Source of the DNA: Geosiphon pyriformis uo1 | Lineage: Eukaryota > Fungi > Glomeromycota | Assembly (NCBI GenBank): GCA_016748015.1 | Contig: JAAOMT010000074.1 | Span: 186,001 to 250,000 of the forward strand | Length of the DNA: 64,000 nucleotides | Direction: 5' to 3' | Shown: positions 14,801 through 27,077 of the stretch, in pieces | Layout of the letters: every line of letters starts with the position of its first letter | Position numbering within the stretch: the stretch's first letter is position 1 | Program-made: the position numbers and the translations under genes | Notes under the pieces: model-generated | The model's database searches: none | What the model was told of the DNA's origin: nothing | Seen by the model: the letters and a program-made list of their open reading frames with translations, nothing else

Positions 14801-17800
14801 ATGAGAAAAAAACAAAGAAGAAAAGAGAAAAAGAAAAGAGAGGGAGGAAGAAAACACTCAAGCCAACAATGCTTATATCCCATACATCTATGATCAACAA
14901 CAACCATCAACCTATTGCTGATCTAAACTGATATGCATTGATTGCAGCAAGAAATTGTCGTCAATGGGTGCATGTTGTGGCGACAACGAAGAATATCAGA
15001 CAGCAACCAAGTTCTATTGCCACACATGCCATATCGAATGTTTTGGCAGACCAAAACGAATGAGAAAATAGGATAATATGCCATGTATAGCCTGTAGAGA
15101 AACTCTCTTGGATGAAGGGATGTGGAATGACATCCCAAAACGTGGAGGAATGTGCGACGTATCATGTCAATACACAATTCTAATAAATGACTGGGTAAGA
15201 AAAGGAACCCCAATAGAAGCAGCCTAGAGAAGAGCTGTACAGTGACTGGACAGTTGTCCACATGACGATGATGACATTTGGTGAATGGCACTCACCAAAA
15301 TCAAAGGGGTGTCGTCTGAGGAAATAAAAATGATCAAAGACAACCCCCCAGAATTTTTAGAGCTTGACTGGGATGCAGAACCCATCATAAATCTTCTGGA
15401 TCCAAAACAATTCCACAAACACTACCAAGAATTAGCATCCACAAGGGAAAAACAAGAACAATGGTTAGAGCAGTTGAATGCTCGACTATGTCAACACTGC
15501 CTAATTCCCTATGACTTCCAGTATTGTGATAAGTGTGATCTTATTTACAATCCACCACCATGTATGATCTATACAATCCCTGAAGAGGAAGAACTAATCA
15601 GCAGATGTGCATCAGAATTGGAATCAATTTTCCATCCTGATTCAAACTCTGACAATGATGATGACGAAAACACCAGTTCTAGCTTCGTTCAATATGACGA
15701 CAACAATGATACCAATTCTAACTCAGATTCAAACTCTGATTTAAACTATGAACAATACATTGTATTACCAGATCTCTTCAAGGAACAAGAATTGAAATGG
15801 TATAGTGACAATGGGAAAGATATTATGCCAGAATGTGCGCATGATATAGATGCAGGGTTTGATCTGAGATATTCAAGAAAAGATGCCATCAAATTGGAAC
15901 CACATTCACGCACCTGTATTGATCTGAAAATAGCACTAGAAATTCCGGCAACAACAATAGTTCAATTAGCATTTAGGAGTAGTTTAGCAAAAAGAGGGAT
16001 CAATATAAGAGGAGGAATAATTGACGCGGGATATGTAGGAAATATTATTGCCATGTTACAAAATAACTCAGAAAAAACCTATATAATAGAGCCCAATGAA
16101 ATGATAACACAGGCAATATTTCTGCCTTTGGTTAGAATAGCTCAGTTAGTGTCAGTAGAAAAGAGGAAGGAATTAAGAATAACAGCAAAAAAAATACAAG
16201 AATTTGGATCAACAGGTAGAATAGATGTACCAGTTAATATGACAGAGAAAGAAATTGTTGGCCAAGGAGAAATTATCTCAACCGGTTAAGCTATTTTTAT
16301 TCCACCATATAGCCAGTACATGCTAGCAATAGGAAGGAAAGAAAAGAAGCAAGGACAAATTTTTGAAGCTGAAGCAAACCTTTGTAAATCAAGAGAGATT
16401 GGGTTGATCAATCTTCACATACCAACCAAAAGCTATAGCAGCATAAAAATTCCCATCTACAACAATTTCAATGACATCTTTGCCAGTGAAAATAAGTTTG
16501 GCCAAACTGACATTATCCAGCATCAAATCAAGACTGGTGATACAATGCCAATCAAACAAAGAGCATACAGAGTGCTGCCAGCCAGCCACGAGATTATTCA
16601 TCAAGAGATAAACAGAATGCTTGACAATGGGCTAATTCAACCATCAATGAGCCCATGGTCGTTACCAGTGGTACTTGTTTGTAAGAAGAATAGAAAAATC
16701 TGGTTTTGTGTAGACTACAGGAAACTAAATGGTGTAATTTATGGAGACAGTTATCTAACTTCATGAATACAAGAATTATTCAATGCTTTCGGTGGGAACA
16801 AATGGTTTTCAACATTAGATTTGGACAGTGAATACTGGCAAGTAGCCATAAATCCAGTTGACAAAGAGAAGATGGTGTTACTAGAGGTTTTTGGTCTCTT
16901 TTCTTAAATGTTGTTGATGCTTGTTTGCTGTAAATTCACGTTTTCTGAATGTGGTTGAACCTCCAGTAACTGAATTTATCTTTAAATTATCTCCTATAAT
17001 TTGAACTTGCTGGGCTTATGAGTGGAATGGCCAATTCCGTACCAGTTGCTTTATGTAGTTACATTGTAGTAAATGTCAACTCTTTCCCAAGAATTGCTTG
17101 TCTGGAAGCTCACTAAAAATGTGTAGTTACTTTGCTGTGAAAGTCAACTTTTCTACAGGAATCTCGTCTGTAGACTACCCTAATGATTGTAATAAGAAAA
17201 TAAAAGAAAATAAAAGAAAATAAAAGAAAATAAAAGAAATGTAAAAGAAATAGAATTTTGTCAAGGGAAACGTTTTCTATCTAGGCCTGGAGTCACTAAC
17301 AGTTTACTGAAATTGGTAGCTAATCAATTTCAAAATGTTAGTTGGGTTTTGGGGATTTTCCAAGTACAATAATTAAAGAATTTGGTTTTTTGAATTATTT
17401 GATATTTATTTCTTTTTGTGTGTATAAGAATGGTTTTTTAAGAGATAAATCTAAAGTAAGATACATTTTCTCGAAGAGAGAAGCTTTTCTTTTATACAAC
17501 TTGTCGTAACACTATTCTATGAACTTGAACTTTGCTATTTTCTAAAATTTTGCTGAACTAAAGATACATTTCGGCAAATTACAAGTTATTTCGGTGAACT
17601 ATTAGATATTTTGGTAAACTATCAATTATTTCGGCAAATTTCTACAAATTTTGGCGAATTTTTGAATGTTACATAGTTTGGGGTATTGCATGATTGATCA
17701 TTGCAATTAGGTTACATTTGTGTTGTGTACAATTTGGGTTATTAATTAAATGATAATTTCAGACATTTTTGCTAATGTAATAAGTGATCATTTGAAATGA

Positions 17801-18812
17801 TAATATATGCTAATTAATGATAAGAATTATAAGATAATTTCATGCTAAATAATATCTCTAATTTCGTCTGGTAACAATGGCATTTACTACTAGAGAAGGG
17901 AATTTTGAATTTGAAGTGATGCCATTCAGCTTAACCAATGCCCCAGCAACTTTCCAATGGCTAATGAAAATTGTTTATACTGGCTTATTGTGGAAATCAG
18001 TAGTTGTATACTTGGACAACACCAATGTATTCTCAAAAACGTTTGATGATCATTTTCATCATTTTCAACAAGTGTTCGAAAGATTAAGAAGAGCAGGACT
18101 AAAGTTAAATGCAACAAAATGCTTCTTCGGCAAGACAAAACTAAAATTCTTGGAACACATAGTCAGCAAAGACGACATCAAAACGGATCTGGAGAAAATA
18201 GAGATAGTAAAGAACTTTCCAGTGCTAACCAATATGACAGAACTGAAATCATTCTTGGGATTCACCAGCTACTATCAACGTTTTATCAAGAACTTTTCCA
18301 AGATAGTGCAGCCATTCAACCAAATGCAAAACAAAGATACAAAATATGAATGGACCAAAAGTCAACAAAAAGCTTTTGATATTCTAAAAAGAAAGCTTAT
18401 ACAAGCTCCAGTATTGATCTATCCAGATCACAGCAAACCATTCATCATTACTACAAATACATCTGACCAGGCATTAGGAGCAGTACTATCTTAGAGAGGA
18501 CCAGACGGCAGAGAACATCCAGTGGCATATGCCAGCAGAGGTTTAACACTGGCTGAAAAGAACTATGAAACACTGGAAAAAGAACACTTAGCAATATATT
18601 GGTCAGTCATGAAATGGAAAGAATACTTGAGCCAGAAGTTTGAGGTGTACACAAATCACAAAGAATTAACATCACTTCAAAAACAAGAATTTGGAGATAA
18701 AAAACAGTCAAGATAGAAAATGGCACTCACACTATATAAATACACTATATATTATAAAAAAGGAAAAGACAATGGAAATGCGGATGGTTTATCACAAATG
18801 AGACAAATCTAA
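11809..18812 (+). pseudogene. A1 ORF1: N-terminal extension, Gag (CA, CCHC), protease, Cys-rich domain, dUTPase, RT, RNase H
   Basis: MAYAPIAKLDNFTG at 12790; CHYCGKQGHIQINC; LILD(N)SSA (ILDSGSAGS in A2); DAGFDL, RSSLA, GGIIDAGYVG, FGSTG; CVDYRKLN; MPFSL, YLDNT; AYASRGL..EHLAI. Interrupted by the solo LTR. Confidence 0.88.
16876..17876 (-). mobile_element. Solo LTR of family B inserted in the A1 RT
   Basis: TGTTAC..GTAACA termini; TSD ATGG on both sides; reverse-complement homologue of LTR 59087-59965. Confidence 0.93.
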
Positions 18813-18875
18813 GAATATTTCAACCCAAAAATATAACAAAACCAGAACAATACCAACGGAAAAATACAACAAAAA

Positions 18876-20258
18876 ATGAACATACAAAAATATTAACAAT
18901 TGCAATATTATATAAACACTCAACAATTCAAGAAGAATTTATCTCAAACAGAACGAAAGAGTATCAAACAACAATCAAAATATTTTATCACTTACCAAAA
19001 TATACTTTATTGGAAAAATAGAAGAGATCCAGATCAATCACCCAGAGTAATTATGGAGCCAGAAAAAGAGACAATATTATTCAACATGCACTCAAATCCA
19101 ACAGCAGGACATTTTCACAAAGAAGCAACCATGGAAAGAACCAGAAAGAGATACTATTGGCCATCAATGTACCCAGACATCATTCAATATGTTCAAAATT
19201 GTGATGCTTGTCAGCAAAGAGGAGGAACAAGACCCAGTAAACCATTAAGACCAATCAAAGTGAGACAACCATTTGACCATATTGGAATTGATTTAGTTGG
19301 ACCATTAACAATCACCAGCAAAGAAAACAGATACATAGTGGTAGCTATGGACTATCTCACTAAATGGCCAGAGGCAAAAGCAATTCAAAAAGTGGATGCA
19401 GAATCCATTGCCAAATTCGTTCATCAGGATTTGATTTGTCAACATGGATGTCTAAAAGAATTATTATCAGACCAAAGAACTCATTTTGTGAACAAAATAT
19501 TAACAGAATTGAGCCAAAGATTCAGAATCAAGAAACCATTATCATCATTATACCATCCACAAACCAACAGATTAGTAGAAAGATTCAATAGAATACTGTG
19601 TGAAGCAATAGCTAAGCTCAGCCAAGAAAACCAGAATGATTGGGATTTGTTCATACCATTAATACTATTTGCTTATCGGACAATGAAACAAGATACTACA
19701 CAAGCAACACCATTTGAATTAGTATATGGAAGAACAGCAACATTACCAGTAGAGAGAAAAATTAATACATATCCAGTTAAACCAATAACAGAAGAAAATT
19801 TTCAAGAAACATTGCTGAGAAAAACATATGACTTAATGGAAACATTGGAAAACAAATGAAGAAGAGCAGCTGATAATATTCAAAAGTCACAAGAAAAACA
19901 GAAAAAAAGACATAATAGTCAACTGCCAAACAAACCAGTTGAATCCAAGATTGGAGACAAAGTATTACTACATCATACCAAAGTGGAAAAACAATGGAAT
20001 GAAAAATTTGACCTCAAATGGGATAGACCATTTCACATAGAAAAAATTCTAGGAAATGGAGCTTACAAATTAAGATTGGATAACAAAATTTTAATCAAAA
20101 CAGTACATGGAGATTGACTGAAGTCATATCGCGACATTATACTATCATCTACCAGTAATATTCCACAATTAGGAGTACAGAGAATACTAGTCTGACCAGA
20201 TGAGATTTCATGAGATCTAGAACCAATCGTTATTATCAACAACAACACGTTAAATTGA
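18876..20258 (+). pseudogene. A1 integrase ORF (HHCC, DDE, GPY/F-like tail; no chromodomain seen)
   Basis: H..GH..CDAC; GIDLVGPL; LSDQ; YHPQTN..VERFN; own ATG after stops ending RNase H. Confidence 0.88.
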
Positions 20259-20282
20259 TCAATCAAAAGAATATATAAAGAC

Positions 20283-20939
20283 ATGATAGACATGACAGGA
20301 AATATCAGAAAAATGGAAATTACAGACAACATTCACACACTATCACAACAACTCTTTCAATTAATCCAACACCAGGAAATGGAGATTACAATCAATCAAC
20401 AAACCATTTGATATCAAGATATTAGAAAGACATTACAACTCAGAACACCGAAGAAAACTGAAAATACAGTAGACAAAATTATAGCAAAAGTAAAATTAGC
20501 AATAAAAGAATCGACAAAAGAGTTACTATATCAAGAGTTGACTAAAGAAACTTGGAATTAGTGGATACAACAATTTCTACAAAACTATTGTTATTTTTAC
20601 TTGGGACAACACGTAAATATCCAGAATCTATATATGGATAAAACAAAGTGATTATTTGACAAAAGAATACTACAACAATTAGAACATTTTGTGAGAAAGA
20701 ACAACTTATCCACACAAGCCCAAGTCATATACCGAATACACACAGTATTTCAGGATAAACCAGAAATATTGCTCAATAAAGCAATGGAGGTTACCAATAA
20801 TCAATTGGGAAAAATCACCAATGCTCAATTTGAAAAATTACAGACCCAAATAACACAAGTAATTCTCGAAAACAAAATCCAGGAAATACTTCAAGAGGAG
20901 GAATTATATGAATTGGATTTCGACGGAGCTCAATATTAA
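20283..20939 (+). pseudogene. A1 ORF3, unknown ~218-aa protein
   Basis: Collinear with 56809-57468 and 37431-38090; ends FDGAQY* at the PPT. Confidence 0.7.
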
Positions 20940-20952
20940 AAGAAAGAAATAA

Positions 20953-21796
20953 TGTTACTCATAGAAATATAGGAAATATATTAGCATAATTATTAGCCAA
21001 TCAGAAGTAAGCATAGTAAATGTGGAATTCCAGGATTCCTTTCAGGAATTGCAGGATTCCAGGAATTTTAGGATTCCCCGACAAGGAATTGCAAAATTCC
21101 AGAATTCCAGAATTCCTCTCAAAGGAATTGCAGGATTCCAAGAATTCCAGGATTCTTGTTGTGAAGAATCGAGGAATTGAGGAATCCCAATTATGTATAT
21201 ATAATGGTAGTATTAGAAACAGAAAAGACAGAATCTATACCATAGAATTTTTAGCCAAGAAATAAAAATCATCAAATAAAATAATTATTCCATATTCCAA
21301 TTCACTCTCCACTATTAACACTTCATGTTGATAGTAATCGATACTTAACTACACTGGAACAATAGCTCTTGATCACGGCTATTGATGGAATACTAATCTG
21401 CCACACCGCCTGGAATTATTTCTTTTCTTTCTTTATTTTATTTTCTTTTGTTGTTTACTAATTGAATAAAAGAATTAAGCGCTGAGTTATTAACGTTAAG
21501 GATAGCCTGGTAAAAGACCCAGAAATAAGGGTAGAATTTTATATATTATCAGATAGCTTACCAGAAGGGCACAACTGCCAGACTAAATCTGGCCACCACG
21601 CTGAGAAAGAAATTGGGACAACTCTTGGAAAGATACATTTGCTATCAACACTATTGAATTTCTGTCCATTATACAAAAAACTCCATTAAAACTTTCAGAT
21701 ACCACACCTTCAGAACATCATCAACAGAAGTAGCTTTTGAGCACCAAGTTACGGGTTTGTTATTTAATCCAACAGCAGAAATAATCACCTGTAACA
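20953..21796 (+). repeat. A1 3' LTR
   Basis: Direct repeat of 10883-11746. Confidence 0.93.
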
Positions 21797-24729
21797 ATGC
21801 CAACTGAGAGCCTGAAGATCATGAGACCTGTGAGAAAACAAACAACCCAAAATACCAACTGAATTTGCAAAAGCCAAAACAGCAGCTGATTTACTCTTAG
21901 CTTGGATCTGTTCAAAAGTTTTAAAATTGTACAAAGAAGAATGATAAACTGCGTCATTAGGAAAGTTGAGTGGCAGCCCAGACTTAGACTTTAAGCACCT
22001 GCGAACCATAGAGTCCCACTTATTACACACACCAATAGAAACAAAGCTGAACTGAGTTCTGTAGTTGATAATAGGCAGAAAAACTGCAGAAACCAAATAT
22101 GCAAATTGTTTGTCTGAGATCGCTTTCCTCAGAACAAGATTAACAAAGAACTGAATGTTCAAGTGAGCTTTAGCCAGACTAGGCATCAAAAGACCTTCAG
22201 AAAACAAAAAAATACCCAGATATTGATAAGGTTCACCCTTTTTGGCAATAGAAATAGGTGAGCCATTAATAGTCAAAGAAGGATTCACAATCCGGCTGTT
22301 GATAGGAATGGCTACAGTTTTGTCATTATTAATTAAAATGTCATTAATCCTAAAAAATTTACCAGCAACATTGAGGATGTGCTGCATAGCAGCCCGGCTA
22401 CCACCAACCCAAATAGTATTATTAACAAAAACACTAGCAGCAAAAAATGATGTCAGCTTGGCCTGAGGCTCCACCTGGCCAGTTCTGGAAATAAAATGAG
22501 AGTTCAACCTATAATCACACACATTTTCCTGTCATTTGACTTCACACAAGAGCAAATCATAAAATATGTGCAAAAGAAGTGGTGAAAAAACCTCCCCTTG
22601 GTCCAGACCATCGTAAACATGGTAACCATTAGTTAAGCTGAAATCTGTCATCACTCTGTTGGTGCGACCATTGTAAATGTTGCCAAAAAATCTAATAAAC
22701 TTGTCACACATCTTGATCCTAACCAAACTTCTTCTGAGATGCACCCAGCCAACAAAATCATACACTTTTTGCATATCCTGCAAAACCAGCCACAGTTCTT
22801 GGCCTTTTTCCAATGTATCTTCCACCACAAAACCAATGGCAAAAATGGGCAATTACATTGTCACACCCTTTAACACAGAGAAATTGTCCCCATACAGAAC
22901 ATCAAACCTGCTGCAGGCCGAAAAAATTCTGTCTAAGAGAATCTTGGAAAGAATCTTGTGGGCCGTTTCAATTAACGCAATAGGACGGGTATTCATGAAA
23001 ATGCCCTTCCATTCATATGGTTTAGGAATCATTAACACCCAAGCTTCCTTCCAAGGTCCAGGAACAGATTCATGTACCAAACAAAAATTCAGCAATAACA
23101 AAAGCATATCCAAAACCTTTCTATCACAGTGTTTTCACAATTCATTGGAGATACCAGAAAGACCAGCCACCTTACCATCGGGCAAATTAGAGACAACTGT
23201 AAGCAACTCATCAAAACCAATCGAACACATTACTTCAGAGAAGGCATCATCAAAGACATAGTCCAAAGGCTGAAATTGGCACACTCAGGTATCAGAAATA
23301 TTCGGTATCACTGCATGCTTCCTAGTCCAACTTTCCATGATCTCATCGACCTTAGATTTAACCAAATCTGGCTCTAGAACCAACTTTTCACCTACGACTA
23401 AGTGATCCAGTACCACCTTACAGAAAGGACACTCCAGAACACTTTTGATGGTGCGTCTCTTGTCCACTTCAAAACTCTTTATCCTCCTCTCAATAGCCTG
23501 CCTAATACAAGATTCCTCAGCATACTTAGACTCCATCATCTTCGAAGAGTGGTAAACTTTCCTTGCCTTAGCCAGTTTGGAGTGAATAGCATCAAAACCA
23601 GAACCCAAAAGAAATAGAAACTTTACTGGTGAGACGCCAACTGAGTCAAGTCTGTCCTATGTATCCAACAAAGAAGCAAAATTCCCACCAAAAACCAGAC
23701 AAGAGGCCTTAACCAGCTTAGACACAAGCAGTTTCAGTCTATAAAACTTAGAAAAAACCTTATTGAAAACACTACTATAACCCTTGAACTATTTTTTCTT
23801 GAATGTCCCACCAGCTGAGAGAATCAATATTTTGCGAACAATGTTTCACATTGCATCCTTATCCGAAAACTTTGTAGCCGCAACAAATGCATCTGAAAGC
23901 ATAGAAGCATTAGCAGTTGTAGCATTCTTAAACTCCAATCACTTCTCTCCACTGGCATTTTTAATATTGAACTTCCAACAATCTTTATTGGCCTGTTTGT
24001 GTAGTAACAGCAGCTACACATTCAACAAACCACCTAGATCCACAGAAACAGAAACAGCCTTATGATCAGTATCAAAAAAATCCTCAACACCCACCACACT
24101 ACGATCCACGATTGCGTTAATTAAACTAGAGAAAACCAACATATAATCAATCGTCTTGACAACACCACGAGAATTGCATCATGTCAGTGATTTCACAAAA
24201 GCACTTCCACTTAGAGAGTTGACCAGACCCAAATCAAAACACTTCCTAAAACTGGCACATTTATGAGACCCATCTTCATTGAAATTACCACCAAAAATGA
24301 CAAAAGGAGTCTTATTCACAGTTTTGGCAACAAGAAAATTGATGTCACTAGCCTAAGAAAACCAAACCACTGAAAATGCACCAGCATACAGCCCCAGAAT
24401 AGACATAGAAAGTTTATTCCCAAAGAGCAGCCTTATTGACAACAGCCGACCAGGTACCTCTAAAATCTTGCACACATGCTTTGCCAAAGAAGAGTCTATA
24501 ATTATTGCAACACCAGATCCCATGTGACCAGAATCCAGACCAGAAGTAAAAACACAAACACTATTGAACTTATTGGCAATCCACGGATGAACCATGCCCC
24601 TTAACTTTGTCTCAGTAACAATAGAGACCAAATTGTTTATATCCTTATGCCATCGTACAATGTCTGTCTGCTTTGCACAATTGTTCATACCTCTGACATT
24701 ACACGTGGCAATTTACCAAATTAAGTGAG

Positions 24730-26665
24730 TCATTGAGAAGACAGGGGAACTGACAAACCCAAACCAGAGCACAGAATATTTAACTTATCCAAAACTGAAC
24801 CAACTGAGGCCTCCAAAGCAATCAATTTTGTTTACAAACCACCCACTTTGGCAGTGAGGACTTTGGAACTACTAGAGCTAAGCTTAACAACAGCATTATG
24901 AATGACGGATGGAGGAGTACCAGACAAGACCAAAGCAGTATCCACAATCATATCAGAATCCACATCAGAAGTCAAAGCTTCAGAAACAGCAGAAAGAGAG
25001 CTCAGAGATGGGGTCACCACAGGAACCAAACCAATAGATTCCAGATGAACCAAAATGCCAGAAATGTGGTCAGTCAAAAGCTCCAAAGAGCATTCCAAAA
25101 TTGCCAGCTGGTTACTCAAATGAAAAACGGTAGGAGAGTTAGTTGTCATTGAAGAAAAAACCAAACCAGAATGCAAATCAGCACCAACCAAACCAAAGGA
25201 AACCACACGAAAAGAAAAGCCACCAACAACTTGGGTCCATGTTTTACCACTAAATGAGACTGGATGAGCAATAAGAGCTGACTTTTTTTTATATATCTCA
25301 GCCAGACAAATCTGATCTTGATCAGAAACCATCCTCTTCTCACAAATACCAGAATTCTTACCCAAGGGACAATTGACCATAACATGACTGAATTGTTTAC
25401 AACAAGTGCAACTGGGCAAAGAAAGACTAGTCCAATGCAAACTTACACTCTTAAAAACTGGAATAGTACCAATAGCAGTCAACTTGGATGTCTCATCACC
25501 AAAACAAATTACAGCACATCTATCACGAACATATGAATTAGGATTACAGCCAATAAAACAAGTCCTCCCACCATATGAATCCAACAAACTAGAAAGATTA
25601 TGGGCAGTGGTGCCAATTGGAAGCATATAAAGCAAAGTATGATGCCGATTCTTTAATACTTACGTTTGTTTATTACTGACTGCCAAAGCCACATGCACTG
25701 AATTTTTTCCCATAAAGACTGACCATTTGGATACAACCAGACTAGCTACTTCAGATAACTCAAATTCAACCAAAGCCTTTTGCCAAAGACCAATCAGCTG
25801 CATTTTGATTGAAACAATTCTGCCAAATTTAGAAAATGCCAAATCAACAGCCGATTTGGGAAGATCCACTGGAATTTCCTTGACAATTACTTTCTGATCT
25901 GAATGGCTGTTTATTTTTCTTAGATCATCATTCACTAAAATCTTCTCACCAATTGCCATTTCTCTTGCCTTAATCAAACTTTTTTCAGATGTAAATAATG
26001 ATCTTATTATTCCTGGAAATTTTGAGAGAGTCAAAGCTCCCCCAAATTTGATAAAAAATTTTTTTAACTGCCATCAACTTATCAACATTTATCTTCCCAG
26101 GCACTGCCGAAATCTCAATATCTAATGCGAAAGATTTTACTGGCTCGAAATTCCTTTTTTCCAGGGCATGTGATCTAATATGCAGCACCTAATTGGCACC
26201 ATCAAATTTAGGAGAAGGAAGCTCCAGTGCATCGTCATCGTCACTCATACAGTCAAACAAAAGTCGCTTTGGTGGGTTGCCCAGCATGTACGTTTAAGTA
26301 CGAGTCTTCCTCGGCGTATTTTCATCCATGCCATCGTTCCCACTTGATTCCGCATAGCTGGTTTCTTTGGCCACCATGTTCGCCATATTTTCGACATCTG
26401 AGAAACCACTGACACTATTAGCAATACTATCAACCTCACTGCCCCAGGATTCCACAGGCTTGGCACCAACACCACTAATATCCTCCAAGCTAAGTGATCC
26501 AGCAGACAAGTTGACCATATTACCAGTAGCAGGCTTCTTTGGTTTCTTGTAGGATGTACTCTGAGAGTAAACTGTATTCATGCACTTCTTTTTCACACTC
26601 TGACGGGTCCCCAAACCAGCCAAAACCAAGCCAGAATTACCAGCAGAAGAGCCTACTGGTTTCAT
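24730..26665 (-). pseudogene. LINE-A ORF1 (RRM-like plus CCHC knuckle)
   Basis: Fragments 26294-26734, 25660-26034 and 24832-25635; FSKFGRIVSIKMQL; CTCCKQFSHVMVNC. Confidence 0.8.
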
Positions 26666-27077
26666 TGTGACAAATAAAAATATAGTAGAAGAAATGACTT
26701 GATGAATGAAGGGTAAAGAAATAAAGTAAAGCAATTTTTCCTAAAAATTTTCTCACTCTCGCAGCGGCCAGAGGATTGACGAGAGAAAAAGTTTTTATAA
26801 TTATTTATTAATGCTATTTCAAATGTATTAATTACAATTATAAATAATTTATCATAATTTAAATAAATTAAAATTGAGTTTTTAATAAACTTTTGTTTTA
26901 AATTATTAAATATTTTTTGTTTTATTTATAGATAATAATTTTTGTTTATATTTGATAAAATAATTAAATTTTTTAAATAAATTGATAATATTATTTAGTC
27001 AGTTTTAAAAAAATTTTAATTTTTAAATATTAAAAAGTTTTTAGTCTTAATTATTTTTTTTTTTTTTTTTTTTTTTT

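Larger units (their letters stand above)
10883..21796 (+). mobile_element. Ty3/Gypsy-like LTR retrotransposon family A, copy A1
   Basis: Paired LTRs TGTTAC..TAACA; TSD ATGC (10879-10882, 21797-21800); PBS; PPT 20938-20952; domain order gag-PR-dUTPase-RT-RH-IN. Confidence 0.95.
9124..24733 (-). pseudogene. LINE-A ORF2: APE endonuclease, RT, RNase H, C-terminal Zn motif; multiple stops
   Basis: CNVRGMNN..VTETKL (APE); RPIALIET, QDMQKVYD, QGEVFSP, FVNNT (decayed FVDDT) (RT); YTDGSL..STLTEL (RNase H); stop at 9124. Confidence 0.88.
8988..26807 (-). mobile_element. LINE-A, full-length non-LTR retrotransposon (~6.9 kb net), interrupted by the LTR element at 10883-21796
   Basis: Poly(A) tail (T run 8988-9001). 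TSD TTAATGCTATTT at 8979-8990 and 26808-26819. ORF1 and ORF2 fragments are collinear with LINE-B across the insertion. Confidence 0.9.

Noticed and set aside
20283-20939. ORF3 as an envelope gene
   Set aside because: Too short, and no evident signal peptide, fusion peptide or TM anchor.
22677-23261. Plus-strand ORFs antisense to LINE ORF2 (also 29802-30296, 28089-28421, 10151-10495)
   Set aside because: Antisense shadows of the RT/RNase H coding strand; similarity among them just mirrors LINE homology.
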